Under the pieces are notes generated by a model. It saw only the letters and a program-made list of their open reading frames with translations, was not told the DNA's origin and ran no database searches. A stretch of DNA of 64,000 nt from Malacoraja senta (Eukaryota): contig CM075988.1 of assembly GCA_038087875.1 (NCBI GenBank), positions 16,618,001 through 16,682,000 of the forward strand, read 5' to 3'. The translations under genes and the position numbers were made by a program. Positions 36,666 through 50,016 of this stretch are shown here, one piece after another; within the stretch, counting starts at the first letter, position 1; each line of letters opens with the position of its first letter.

Positions 36666-39600
36666 GCAATTGGAGATACAGCACGTAAACAGGCCCTTCG
36701 GTCCACCGAGCCTTCGCCGACCAGAGATCCCCGTATACTAGCACTACCCTACACAGTAGGGACAAGTTATAATCTTTACCAAAGCCAATTAACCCCAAAT
36801 CCTGCCATCTTTGGAGTGTGGGAGGAGAACACCAGGGGGAAACCCACACGGTCACAGGGAGAACGTACAAACTCTGTACAGACAGCACCCATAGTCAGGA
36901 TCGATCCCGGGACTCTGGCGTTGTAGGGCAGCAACTCTACCGCTGCACCACCGCGCTGCCCTGTCTCACGTGATCCTTGCGTTCTGCAAAGTTATTTCCA
37001 AGCTTTCCTGTGAATTTTCCACCAACAGCATTCCTCTAGATATATAATGAATCATTTACGTTATACAGTACATGCTAATTTATGCTTAAGGTTGGATCAT
37101 TTTGCTAGATGTGCACCAAGCAAGTTCACCATCAGTCAAAATAAATCATGACCGCAACCCTCTCCTCATGTGGGATACCCCAATGGGCACACATACATCC
37201 CACAATATACCTTCGGTCTTTGCTCCCAATTCCCTGCTTAATTGCAAAGTTTGAGTCTGAAGTTAGGATGTTTTATGCATTTACAATGTCTTCCATCTCA
37301 CTGCTTGCTCGGAACCCGTAGGGATCAGGTTAAGTTTGTGAAGATAGATTGAGTTGCATGCTCCATTTCATAAATTGCTAAATGATCTATTTCATTTCCA
37401 CTTAATGGAATAACACAATTGATTATTCAAAGGCAAACATTATTGCACTGGAATAAAAATGATTTTGGCCATCATCCTAGTTGAAAGAGAAATGAAGGAC
37501 TAGGCTTTGTGGCTCCCCCTTCATGACCACAGGGTTTCACCGTCTGTGAGCTACTTTTAAAATCTCCATGTTTTAGTTTTAGTTTTAGAGATGCAGCCGT
37601 GGGACAGGCCTTTGGCCCACTGCGTCCATGCCAACCAGCGATCCTCGAACACTAGTTCTATCCCACTCATTAGGGGGAATTTACAGAAGCCAATTTACCT
37701 ACAAACCGGCACGTCTTTGGAATGTGGGAGGAAACCTGAGCACCCGGAGAAATCCCAAGCGGTCACAGGGAGAATGTACAAACTCCGTACAAACAGCACC
37801 CATGGTCAGGATCAAACCTAGTCAGGGTCTCTGGTGCTGTAGGCAGCAACTCTACCACTGTGCCACCCTAAAGTCATCAACAGGCCTAACATCAATTGCC
37901 GTTAGTTCTACCACCCTCTGTGCGTAGAAGTTATTCCCAGCCATTCTTGAAAGGACTGGCTCTCATTTTTAGACTCTGCTCCAATGAACTTATCAGATTG
38001 TCTCACTTGATTCACTAAAGTTCCTTAGAATAGAAATGCTCCATCCCTACCCACTCTGGCCTAAATGTGACTCCAGACAGACTAATGTCATTAAAATGGC
38101 ATCACAAACCATTCAGGGACAATTCGAGATGGATGCTTATCACTGATTACTGATGTGCATATCCATTGAATCAATAGATATTTAAAAAACCTGCTTGGCA
38201 ATTGTATCGCACTGTGCGTCTTTTCAATGTTATGTCATTCATCTGGAACTGTGCTCAAGGTAAATGGCAGGAGTGGTCAATTCCAGGTCAGATAACGGCA
38301 GTCGGGATAACTGGATCCATCCTGGAACTCCAATTTAAATTGGTACCGGCCTGGAAAGGTGCATTGTGCAACCCATCACACTGCATTCCTCGCTGTGGAG
38401 AATTTCGGCCTTGCTAATTTGGATGAGGATCCATTTTCTGCAGATGCTGCCTGATCTACTGAGCATTTTCTGCTTTAATTACAGTCAAAAAATAAATTTG
38501 TATTGTTGTGACTGTTCGACAGTCAAGTGTCTTAAAGGTTCTTCATCACTTCCCATGGCCAGCAAAGAGAAGAACGTGAGATTAATGTTAAAGGAATGGT
38601 GAAAGCAGATTTTACAGGAGGAAAGATAGGCACAGATTGCAGGAGTAACTCAACGGATCAGGCAGCATCTCTGGTGAAAATGGATAGGTGACATTTTGGA
38701 TCGGGACTCTTCAAGGGTCTGGACCTGAAACATTACTGATCCATATTCTCTAGAGATGCTTGTGTTACTCCAGCACTTTGTGTTTATCGTTGGTATAAAC
38801 CAGCATCTGCAGCTCCTTTTTATTACATTCAACAGGAGGAAGCTGGTTTATATTCTTGAGAAAATATGTGAAGCTGTGGGAGATGAGGGGGAGAGTGGGA
38901 CTTAATAGAGATCTATCCAGCAAAGGGCGGCAGGAATGTGACGTGCCGTATTGCCTCTCTCGCTGCTCTGTCATCCTGCCTCATTTTGTTGCGGTCGACA
39001 GAGAGAGATATTGTTCAGGGCACAGGGAGAACGCTTTCAAAATAAATGAGATGCGTCAGAGATGGGGGCGCAAGTAAACGATCAACCTCCCCGCGCCTCG
39101 CCTGTGTTTTAAGGACTTGTTTCTCGTCACGATTTGTGTCGCGTATTGAAGCAGCTACTAAGTCACTTTTGGCAGAGAGAGCCACTGATTGATTGCTCCG
39201 ATACACAGCGTGGAAAGGAGCTTTTTTTTCTCATTGTGATCTGTACGACATTCCCACAACAGGAGGAAAATCAATCACTTCTCATCCTTCAGTATGGATT
39301 ACATGCCTCAGTTTTGTTGTTGGAAACTCTCCCCCTCCCCCTCCCCCCCTCACCCAGCCTATTGTAAAGACAGGCGTTCATGAAGCTTGTTAAATGGATC
39401 AAGTTTCGAGCCAAATGAAATAGGAAATTACAGCTCTATAGAAAGGGATAATTAAAGTACCAAGAAAACGAGCCACGCACAACAAATACACAAGTAAGGT
39501 AGTCAAGATCAACTTTATAAAACACTGGGTCCTTTAAGAGGATGTTGCCAGGACTGGAGGGACTGAGCTGTAGGGAGAGGATGGGCAGGCTAGGATTTTA

Positions 39601-40814
39601 TTCCTTGGACTGCAGGAGGATGAGCAATGATCTTCTGTGTGTTAGAACATGAGGGGAATAGATAGAGTAGATGCAGAGTCTTTTACCCAGGGTAGGCGGA
39701 TTAAGGCCAGAGGACACAAGTTTAAGGTGAAAGGTAAGATTTCATAGGATCCTGAGCGGTACCTTTTTCCAAACCTAGGGTGGTGGGTATATGGAATGAG
39801 CTGTCAGAGGAGGTAGTTGAGGCAGATACTAAAACAACATTGAAAAGACATTTGGACAAGTACATGGATAGGAAAGGCAGTCCCAAACGCATGCAGGTGG
39901 GACTAGTACAGATGGGGCAGCTTGGTTGATAAGGGCAAGCTGGACTGAAGGGCTTGTTTCCGTGCTGTATGTTTCCATGACTACGACTGGCTCTCCCATC
40001 CCTGGAGACTTGTATCCAATTCTGGGAACCCCATTTTAGGAAGGAAGGGAAAGTGCAGAGAAGATTTATCAAAATGATACCATGTATGATCTTAGTTTGC
40101 ATGGGCACACTGGAGAAGCAGTGGCTGTTCACTTTGGAAAAAGGGGCATCACAAAGTAGTCTAATTTAAACACTGGTATCTAAATTCATAGTGTAGGGAG
40201 AGTAGATTGAGAGAATTGTACCCGTTCAGAGGAGTCAAGAACCAGGGATTCCTCCTCCTCATCGCCTGAATGGTCACTTTCTGTGCAGTAACCATGCTAT
40301 GATTCGGTGAGTAATGAGGTTTGTAGGTTAATTGGCTTTGTAAATTGCCCCTCGTGTTTAGGATAAATCTAGTGTATGGGTGATTGATGGTCAGCGTGGA
40401 CTCGGTGGGCCGAAGGGCCTGTTAACATGCTGCAAACTAAACTAAACTAAATGCTAAACTAAATTAAATAAAGAGGAGTTTTTATAAAGTAAATACAGGA
40501 AGACCCAGGTTATGACAGGGTTCTGTATCTGAGAACTATCCATAACCCATACTGTTTATAAGTTGGAAATGAACAAAGACTGTTTCTGTGGAAGAGAGTC
40601 ACAGAAACAGCGGCGAAGGGAAAGGGAACAGATGCGGGCAGAGTGGCCACCAGCTGGCCTCACTGACTCAGTGGGCCTGTGCTCCCAGCACTGTTCGGCT
40701 ACAGCCAGCCCCTGATTTCCATGGCACGGGAGGGTGGCATGGGGAGATGGCACAAGGAAATAACCCATCGCCACCCACCAGAAGATGCTAGCTGCCTAGC
40801 AGCAGCTGGTAAAC

Positions 40815-40990
40815 CCATCTCCATCCATCCATCCATCCATCCATCCATCCATCCATCCATCCATCCATCCATCCATCCATCCATCCATCCATCCATCCAT
40901 CCATCCATCCATCCATCCATCCATCCATCCATCCATCCATCCATCCATCCATCCATCCATCCATCCATCTATCCATCCATCCATCCATCC
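40815..40990. repeat. (CCAT)n microsatellite
   Basis: About 43 near-perfect tetranucleotide units. Confidence 0.98.
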
Positions 40991-41667
40991 CAACAGTCTC
41001 CTAAAAACATGTTCATACATACAGGATATCCGTAAGTCAGGCACTTGTAACCCAGGGAGAACCTGCAGGATGAAAATGTTCCCACTGGTGGAGCATCAGT
41101 AATCGAGGACTTTAGATGATCAAAAAATCCAGGAGGGAAATCAAGAGTTTTTCCTTGTTAAATACAATGTTGTTATGATCTGGTTGCACAGCTTGAAGGG
41201 ATAGTGGAAGCAGAATCAATAATAATTTTTGGTTGAGATTTAGTCAGATATACATGAAAAGGAAATTTTCTCAGTGCTATGGGCAAAAGAGAAGGGCAGT
41301 AAAAGAAAAAGAAAATAGACACAAACTGCTCGAGCAACTCAGTGGGTCAGGCAGCATCTCAGGAGAAAAGGAATGTCAACTGTTCCTTTTCATCAGAGAT
41401 GCTGCCTGACCCGCTGAGTTGCTCGAGGACTTTGTGTCTATCTTAGGTATATACCATCATCCGCAGTTCCTTCCCACACATTTTGCCTAAACAGAAGCTC
41501 TTTCAGAGGGCATTCATAAGCACAATGGCCAACTTGCCTTCTGATTTATTGGCAAGTTGTGCTTCATCTAAAAACTGGGACATTGTTCTTTCAGCTCTGT
41601 TATCAAGAGTTTGTATTGATCAAGTTCTTGGAAGTCACCATGTTAAACAATCATGTGCATTGACATC

Positions 41668-42027
41668 AGGCTTGACTAGAGTGGATGTGGAGAGGATGTT
41701 TCCATTAGTGGGAGAGTTTGGAACTAGAGGTCACAGCCTCAAATTTAAAGGACGTTCTTTTAGGAAGGAGATGAGGAGAAACTTCTTTAGTCAGAGGGTG
41801 GTGAATCAGTGGAAATATTTGCCACAGAAGGCTGTGGAGGCCATCAGTGGATATTTTTAAGGCAGAGATAGATAGATTCTTGATTCCTACGGGTGTCAGA
41901 GGTTACGGGGAGAAGGCAGGAGAATGGAGTTAGGAGGGAGAGATAGATCAGCCATGATTGAATGGCGGAATAGACTTGATGGGCCGAATGGCCTAATTCT
42001 ACTCCTATCCCTAATGACCTTATGACT
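41668..42027 (+). mobile_element. CR1 3' fragment ending ~35 nt from the 42061 exon boundary; further fragments at ~20945-21290(-), 26960-27168(-), 59068-59200(-), 62275-62395(-), 62640-62840(-)
   Basis: GLTRVDVERMFPLVGE...FFSQRVVN; CR1 3' UTR. Confidence 0.8.
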
Positions 42028-42060
42028 TTCAACAATGCGGTCTAAAAGCAAGCTACTTAC

Positions 42061-42237
42061 TCTTGACTGTAAGAAACATTGACTTGCTGATATCCGTGCC
42101 AACTCCATTGCTTGCCTGGCAAAGATAGTACCCGATGTCTTCTTCTAAAACATGTCGAATCAGCAAGGAACCGTTGGCCAGGATCTGAATTCGTCCCGTC
42201 AGTGGGACAGGGTGATACTGCTGAGGGTTTCCACTTC
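42061..42237 (-). CDS. DSCAML1: DSCAML1 internal exon (~exon 11), C-half of Ig8
   Basis: ttgcag|GA AGT GGA ... GTC AAG A|gtaagt; 177 nt, phase 1-1; [20 protein letters not shown]...SKSMFLTVK. Confidence 0.95.
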
Positions 42238-43968
42238 CTGCAAGGGACAAAGTCCATGATAGATCAGTGAATTCAGGGAGAAGTACAATAGACAATAATA
42301 CCATTAGATGAACAAACTGCTGGGCAACACATGCTGGCACCACTGGACCACATCTGTAATGGGCTTTTAAACGAATAACAATGATTCTCTTCCACATCAA
42401 AGACAGAATTCAAAATTTCATATGACATCATGTAATTCAAAACTCAACTACTCTGCCACCTTAAACCTTGAAGAAACTTGAAGAACCATTAGCTCATGTT
42501 TTAATTACAGCAAACATCAATGAGTGTTTATTAACAGATTTTTGATATTCTCTCCATAAATATTTTTAACTCAAGTTGGTTATTGAACATTGAACATTGG
42601 ACATTATTAATATATGCATTTCAAAAAATATTTATTCAACATTTTGTGAATTTATTCCACAAAGATTTCTCTGATCATTCACGCTACACACCACCGAAAG
42701 ATGTATCAAGAGAAAGTGGCTGGTCATGTTTCACTCACTGTTTTCATTCAGGTTTTGGGTAGCTGAAGGTATTTATTTTGTCAGATAGCTACTTCCTACC
42801 GTAGGGTTGTTATATTTTTTTAACGTTACAGCGGTCAAAACTCTGTATCTACCAAATGTGACTTCTCAGAATTATTTCTAGGCGCATGCGGATTATTTCA
42901 GGATGAATACATAGGAACAAATAATTGCTATCAAATCACATTGGAAGACCTAATTAACCAAAAGCTTCATCATAGAAGTAGGCTTTGAGGAACAACCTAA
43001 TTGGAGGTAAACAGAGGCAGAAATGTTTCGTGGGGGGTTCTAGAGCATAGGCTACCAATGATACTGGACTTAAACTCAAGGGGTGAACAAGTCACTACAA
43101 TTGGTGGACTACAAACATTCAAGAGGAATTTGGTCCAGAGGAGGAATAATAAGGAATAACCCTGGAAGGATTTGTAAAAATGAGGTAAGAAAATGTTAAA
43201 CCATGTATTATTTTAATTGGGAGTGACAGTGGTTTGGCAGGTGGGAATGCTGGAGGGACAGGACCTGATGTGAGTTGGAGCATGAGGTGCTTGGTCTTAG
43301 ATTACTTCAGGGTTACAGAGCGAGGACTGGGGGAGGCCCCGTGAAGATTCCAACGTATTGTCTAACTTCAAGTCCACAGTGGTGCAGCGGTAGAGTTGCT
43401 GCCTTACAACGCCAGAGACCCGGATTCGATCCTGACTACAGGTGCTGTTTGTACGGAGTTTGTACGTTCTCCCCGTGGGTTTTCTCCGGGTGCTCTGGTT
43501 TCCTCCCATACTCCAAAGACGTACTGATTTGTAGGTTAATTGGTTTAGGTAAAAATCATAAATTGCCTCTAGTGTGTCGGATAGTGCTAGTGTACGGGGG
43601 TGATCGCTGGTCGTCATGGACATCGTGGGCCGAAGGGCCTGTTTAAACACTATATCTAAAGTCTAAAGTCTAAAGTCAATGGCCTAGATAAAACTGCAAA
43701 TTTGTCAAACTTCAACGATTATCCATAAATTAAAGATAAAACACATTGTTATAGAAAATCACAGACAATAAGAATTAAAATATTCTAGCTAACACTCAAT
43801 TATAATCTTATTATTGGAGGATGGCATTGACAAATGATTAAAAATCGAGCAATTGGAGAATAACGAATCATAACTGATGTGTAGGAAGCAAGATGTTGGT
43901 TTAAACAGACACAAAATACTGGAGTAACTCAGCAGGACAGGCAACATCTCTGGAGAGAAGGAATGGGT

Positions 43969-43996
43969 GACGTTTCGGGTGGAGACCCTTCTTCAG
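43969..43996 (-). ncRNA. minimal type I hammerhead motif in the DSCAML1 sense orientation
   Basis: Reverse complement is ctgaagaagggtctccacccgaaacgtc, identical to 23476-23503. Confidence 0.5.
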
Positions 43997-44207
43997 ACTC
44001 AGTGTCTGTCTAACATGACGGATGTGTTGGGTAACGTGTGGTGGAGGCACAGGGGCAGGGCAGTGAAGGAGGGAATGCATTGAAATAGAGTTGGTGACAG
44101 GAGTACAGTTATTGGACTGTGGAGACACAACATGCTAAACCCAACACAGATACCAACGAACACCACGATATCAGCAGCTGTTTGAGATCACCGCAGTGCA
44201 GTCATAC

Positions 44208-44327
44208 CTTTAGCATGCTTCCACATGACCTTCGGAGGAGGGTAACCATCCACGGAACAGTTAAGAACTCCAGATTTCCCATAGATCCCATCCTGGTTAT
44301 TCGGCTGCACCACAAAACGAGGAGGAA
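44208..44327 (-). CDS. DSCAML1: DSCAML1 internal exon (~exon 10), N-half of Ig8 (absent from the ORF track)
   Basis: ttccag|TT CCT CCT CGT ... GCT AAA G|gtatga; 120 nt, phase 1-1; hand translation [40 protein letters not shown]. Confidence 0.95.
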
Positions 44328-45104
44328 CTGGAACACAGAAATAATGGTTTAATAAATTCAAATATCTTCCAACAATGAATGAACATGAGGGGCATTCGGA
44401 AAACTACCGGGTGTTGTCAAGGGAAAGATGAAGTACATTGGTCAAAACGATTTCTTTAACTTTTATCTTCATTTCTCTTGGGCACGCTGCATTGACAAGA
44501 GAAATAGCTGCTGCCACATAATAGACTGTGAGACACTGTTGTAACATTTTTATTAATGGAGCTACAGCACTGCGAGCTAAATGTTTTATCAGTGGCTCAG
44601 CTGGTTGCTCCACTCTTTCTGAGTCATACAACTGGTGTGTTCAAGACCCACCACAGGCATTCAGCCTACTGAGTCCACACCAAGCTTCTAACACCCATTT
44701 GCACTAATCCCATTATCATTTTCCCCCACATTCCCATGGAGGACATTTTACAGTGACCAACCTGCCATTTTTTTTTAAATTGATGTGGGAGGAAACCAGA
44801 GCACCCGAGGGAAACCTAAATGGTCACACAGTGAGAACATGCACACAAAACTGCACAAACGCAGCACCAGAAGTCAGATTAAACCTGGGTCTCTAGACTT
44901 GTGAGGCAGCAGCTCTACTAGTTGATATCATCAAAGACCCACACCGCCTTGTTCATGCTCGCTTCTCCCTGTTACCATCGGAAAGTAGGTACAAGAGTCT
45001 GAGAACTGTTACTTCCCCATAGATCCACATACTTCCACATACAAGAACAGCGTCTTCCCATTTACCATCAGGCTAACTGATGCCCTGCCGCAGCAGTGAA
45101 CAAC

Positions 45105-45593
45105 TAAAGAGAGCATGCTGACCGGTTGCATCGTGGCTTGGTTCAGCAACTTGAGCGCCCTGGAGAGGAAAAGACTACAAAAAGTAGTAAACACTGCCCA
45201 GTCCATCATCGGCTCTGACCTCCCTTCCATCGAGGGGATCTACCACAGTCGCTGCCTCAAAAAGCATCATCAAGGACCCACACCATCCTGGCCACACACT
45301 CATCTCCCTACCACCTTCAGGTAGAAGGTACAGGAGCCTGAAGACTGCAGGTTCAGGAACAGCTACTTCCCCACAGCCATCAGGCTATTAAACCTGGCTC
45401 GGACATAACACTGAACTTTACTAGCCAATACTGTTATTTGCACTTTATCAGTATATTGACCATTGTGTATATATTTATAGAATGGCTTGTAGTAAATGCC
45501 TACTATGTTCTGTTGTGCTCAAGCAAAGCAAGAATTTCATTGTCCTACCAGGGACACATGACAATAAACTCACTTGACTTGACTTGACTTGAC
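45105..45593 (+). mobile_element. Rex1/Babar-like LINE 3' fragment; related pieces at ~44925-45075 and ~58560-59060
   Basis: ESMLTGCIVAWFSNLSALERKRLQKVVNTAQSIIGSDLPSIE resembles the Rex1 C-terminus; (CTTGA)n tail. Confidence 0.7.
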
Positions 45594-45921
45594 AGTCTTT
45601 GCGTTACTGTGGCTGCTCCACATACTTCAGATGTTGCACTATTACGGTTTTGTTTACGTCGTGTAAATAATAATTTATTGTGATTTTCTTTGTGCCTCTA
45701 ATGCTGCAGCAAGTTCTGGTTCATATCAGGTGCATAAACTCTTGACTCTTTTCTCTTACCAGTTGCACAGTGGGCCGACCTATGACATGAATTAGATGAA
45801 AGCAAAGTGTTGTCCTGGCCAATGGTAGCACAACTACAGAATCGACAACTAACATCAATCTTCACCTTGTCATGTTCTCAGGAAAATATGACTTCTTGAC
45901 AAAAATAGCTGCCTATTTGGA

Positions 45922-46229
45922 TTTTTAGTTCTTAGTTTTAGAGATACAGTGTGGAAACAGGCCCTTCGACCCACCAATTCCGCGCCGACCAGCAATCCCC
46001 ACACACGAACACAATCCTGCACACACTAGGGACAATTTACAATTTACCAAGCCAATTAACCTACAAACCTGTACGTCTTTGGGGTGTGGGAGGAAACCGG
46101 AGATCCCGGGGAAAACCCAGTAGATCACGGGGAGAACGTACAAACTCCGTACAGACAGTACCTATAGTCAGGATCGAACCCGGTTCTCTGGCGCTGTAAG
46201 GCAGCAACTCTACCGCTGCGCCACCGTGA
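45922..46229 (-). mobile_element. HE1-like SINE; other - copies at ~4715-4900, 5543-5830, 6840-7150, 7848-8168, 12088-12398, 16525-16770, 29355-29520, 36673-36961, 37570-37869, 44665-44920, 47950-48258, 53186-53625
   Basis: Reverse complement of the same SINE consensus, with a (tttag)n tail on the left. Confidence 0.8.
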
Positions 46230-46625
46230 CATTGAAAGATCCCATTAATAATAATTTAATGCACAGCCAATTAGGATGTTATTTTGGATGCAAAGCTGAA
46301 AGATCACTTGAACAATTTCCCAATTAAAATGGCTTGTTCTCACTCGATGGACACTTTGATTCCACTGTGTGGGGATGTCTATGTTAAAGACTATCGTGTT
46401 CTGTGCTCTTTTTTATTCTTATGGCTGTAGGGTGACCACAAATTTCACTGTACCAACTGGTACACGTGACAATAAATGTCTCTTGTCTTGTCTCTTGTTA
46501 CCCCAAAACCACCTTGGCCTCAATTGCTATTGGCGCCTCTGCAAGAACGCAGTAGATATCCAGGACGTCGGCCAAGGATGGTCAACAAGACACGTCACGT
46601 GGGGAAAGGCAGGGGGAAGACTCAC

Positions 46626-46904
46626 CGCGTACAATGAGCCGCCGCTCCCGCATGATGGTGGCGGCCTCATTACTGGCGATGCAGGTGTAGTTGCCGTTGT
46701 GCTTGAGAGAGATGCTGGAGATCTGCAGGGAGCTCATGAACTCTTTGGTTTCGATGGTGACCCCGGAGCCAGAGAGTATGGCCTGGCCATCCTTCCTCCA
46801 AGTGATGCGGATGGGCATGTCTCCTGACGACACCACGCAGGGGATGTAGAGCAGCTGGCCGATCGACGCCGGTGGGAAATCAAAGGGCTGGATCAGCGGA
46901 GGAA
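46626..46904 (-). CDS. DSCAML1: DSCAML1 internal exon (~exon 9), Ig7
   Basis: ttccag|TT CCT CCG ... GTA CGC G|gtgagt; 279 nt, phase 1-1; VPPLIQPFDFPPASIGQLLYIPCVVSSGDMP...RLIVR. Confidence 0.95.
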
Positions 46905-46976
46905 CTGGAAGTAAATTGTCATTCATTGTTTGGTGGGTGAAGAGCAAGAAATATTTGACTGCATTTGTAAACCTTA

Positions 46977-47244
46977 AGGGCCTGTCCCACTTACGCGACC
47001 TTTACAGGCTGGCGACTGCTGGCACCCGTGATAGGTCGCCGAACATGTTGAAAATTCAGCGGCGACCAGAAAGATGCTACGACTCTTTGGAAACCTCTCA
47101 CGACCATAGGTGACCTTTCACGACCATACAGGCGACCCCTGGCGACATGTCGCGGGTGACCACTCACGGTTGTGAGAGGTCTCCAAAGAGTCGGCGACCT
47201 AGCCGGCACTCGCCGGTAAAGGTCGCGTAAGTGGGACAGGCCCT
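46977..47244. mobile_element. PIF/Harbinger-like MITE
   Basis: Same TIR, TTA TSD; 72 nt from the Ig7 exon acceptor boundary. Confidence 0.8.
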
Positions 47245-49698
47245 TTAATTACTTCACTATGAGGTGTAAGTTTACCACAACAGTCAACTTGACATCACTA
47301 CAGTTTAACATGAAAAGGTGATCAGCTGCCAACTTAAATCCTCAGGAATCCAAGCCCAAAGTCAATGAAGGGTGAAGGGTTTATCTGAAATACAGGGTGA
47401 AATGAATCCTAGACAGGTCCACCAAAAGATCCCATCTGTAAGTGATCAGCAATATAACTTTGCCACGGGATTTACCACCGTTGGTAAATTCCTTCTCTCA
47501 TTCCTTCTCTCCAGAGATGCTGCCTGTCCCGCTGAGTTACTCCAGCATTTTGTGTCTATCTTTACCATCATTGACTTAATGAACTTTATCAAGGTGGCCA
47601 CTGAGAAGTTAGTCTTATTCTGTGAGAAACACTGGAATCATTGCTATCAGATATGACAGGGTGACCTGAGCATCCAGCCACTCTCACTTTTTCCTCCACC
47701 CTACTCCCACTCTGACCTCTTTACCTTTGACCTCTGACACGGGTCCCATGTAGATCAATGTAAACTCAAGGGACAGCATCTCATTTTTCATAAATTCCAG
47801 TCCACCGGGGCCCTCAAACTATTCAGTCAGGCTAGCTGAAATGTACTAAATGATTGGGGTGCAAGGTTCTCACTGGTGTTTTGGGGTTCACGGCTTTGAA
47901 AAGGCCAAGCCTTGGACGTGTCCCACTCACAAACTGTGGGCAAAGCAATCTTTAGAGATACGGACACAGTGTAGAAACTGGCCCTTCGGTCCACCGAGTC
48001 CGCACGCACCAGTGATCGTGCCGTGCACGACCACTATCCTACACACCAGGGACAAAGTACAATTTTTACACCAAAGTCAATTAACCTACAAACGTGTACG
48101 TCTTTGGATTGTGGGAGGAAACTGGAGCACCCAGAGAAAACTCACACGGTCACAGGGAGAACGTACAAACCTCGTAGAGACAGCGCGCGGAGTCGGGATC
48201 GAACCCAGGTCTCTGGCGCTGTGAGGCAGCAACTTTACCTCTGTGCCACTGTGCCCCCCTTTCTGGAGATCAGAATCCCTTTAACAAACTTTGCGGCTGT
48301 GTTGCACAATATCTTTAACAGACTGCAGGATCTGCCAAGTTCTACTCGATCATAAGATCCAAGATTGTCAGAGCAGATGCAAACAGGTTTGTTTGTAGGG
48401 GGGCTGTTTTTTAATCTCTGAAGCTCTCCTGGGGTATCTGTGCCTTCCGGAAGGATTGAAGTATTACACCCCCACGTTTGAGCAGCAAATCCTCGGGGGT
48501 CACAAGCCCCGCTCTAGTGTAGTATAATCAGAATTTAATCACAACAAGGCTTGGAAACGCAACGGCTCCGTCTGAACACATAGCTCTCTGCATAGCCCTG
48601 AATAATTAATGTGAGCAAGATGCATTTTAGATGTTCTCTTGAGCACTTAAAAACGATGCGTCTTATTTCTTGGGCAAAGCATTCAAAGGCACTGCAGTAA
48701 CACTGGAGGAGATCAGTCTTGCACAGGTTACACACATTAATACCTTGTCGACATTTTGAAGCCTTGTTTTGCATGTAAGAAGAATCTCGATTTTTATGTT
48801 GCAATTAAATTGCATTTGTTCTCACAATATTTTTGCCCTTTCTCTTTGACTGACATAATGCATTTATTTAAAGAGGGTTTCCTTTGAAGCTTGGGAAATT
48901 TAATTAACCTTCCACCAGTGACACAGAATGCATTTGGCTTGTCATTCACCAGGAAAGAAAGAGAGGCCCCAGAACTATTGCAGTTTGCCCATGTTCTACT
49001 GCGATGGAGAATCTCACGGCCTCACCTGTTCCTTTGCCTCTTTACCTCCCCATTTAGCTGGAAACGTGACTGCATCATAAACTGGCAGAGTGAGAGCAAA
49101 GGGGAACCTGGGCCCTTGTTGGACATGGGGACTAACTACAGTAAAAGATTTGAGTTGGAAACAGAGCATGTTTCCCACTCCTGGTGACCATCGATCACCA
49201 CATGGAGATAGCCGCTGCAGGCTTCCACACAAAATGTCCTATTGGGCCAAGAAATGAAAGAATGAAGAAATAATACTTTACCCGGCTAACCCCAATTGGA
49301 TTCCAAACACACTCTTCACTCTCATTGCTATTTCATAAGTTCTAGGAGCAGAATAAGGCCATTCGGCCATTCAAGTCCACTCCGCCATTCAATCATAGAT
49401 CTGCCATGACCCTATAATGACCCTTTCTAGAGCCAAATCCCATTTGCATTTTCATTCCTGGGAATGCAGTCCATCCACCAAGTATGACGCCAGTGTACGT
49501 CCACACCTTACTTTCTCTATGTAAGTCATTCTACTCCTGTTTATCTCCATGCCTCCACAACTCGTTCTCTGTACTTTTCCACTTACACCCCCAACTATTC
49601 GACTGCATTTCCCTAGTGCCCTACTCCATTTCTATGTCTTCACCTCTGTATTGTACTTTCACTGGCAAGTGCTTTGAATTTAATGGAATGGTGTCTAA

Positions 49699-50016
49699 TG
49701 GGCCTGTCCCACTGTAAGAGTTCACCCAAGAGCTCTCCCGAGTTTAAAAATAATCAAACTCGTGGTAAGCACGTAGAATGTACGTAGCGGGTACGTCGGA
49801 GCTCGGGGACGTCTCTTAGCGGCTCGTAACGCTAACGGCAGGCACTCGGGAAACGCGGTAAGCTCGGGAAGACTCGTGAAAAATTTTCAAACATGATGAA
49901 AAATGTCCACGAGAGCCCCGGGTACGTACGAGCGGGTATTATCGTAATTCTCCGAGTTCGAATTAGGGGAAACTTGGGAGAACTCTTGAAGTAGCTCGTA
50001 CAGTGGGACAGGCCCA
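49699..50016. mobile_element. PIF/Harbinger-like MITE
   Basis: TIR tgggcctgtcccactgta/tacagtgggacaggccca; flanks TAA and TTA. Confidence 0.75.

Noticed and set aside
40679..41044. MDGW/IHPS repeat ORFs
   Set aside because: Translations of the (CCAT)n microsatellite.
42201..42212. MITE TIR-like agtgggacagg inside an exon
   Set aside because: It encodes the conserved PVPL peptide and has no partner TIR; chance match.
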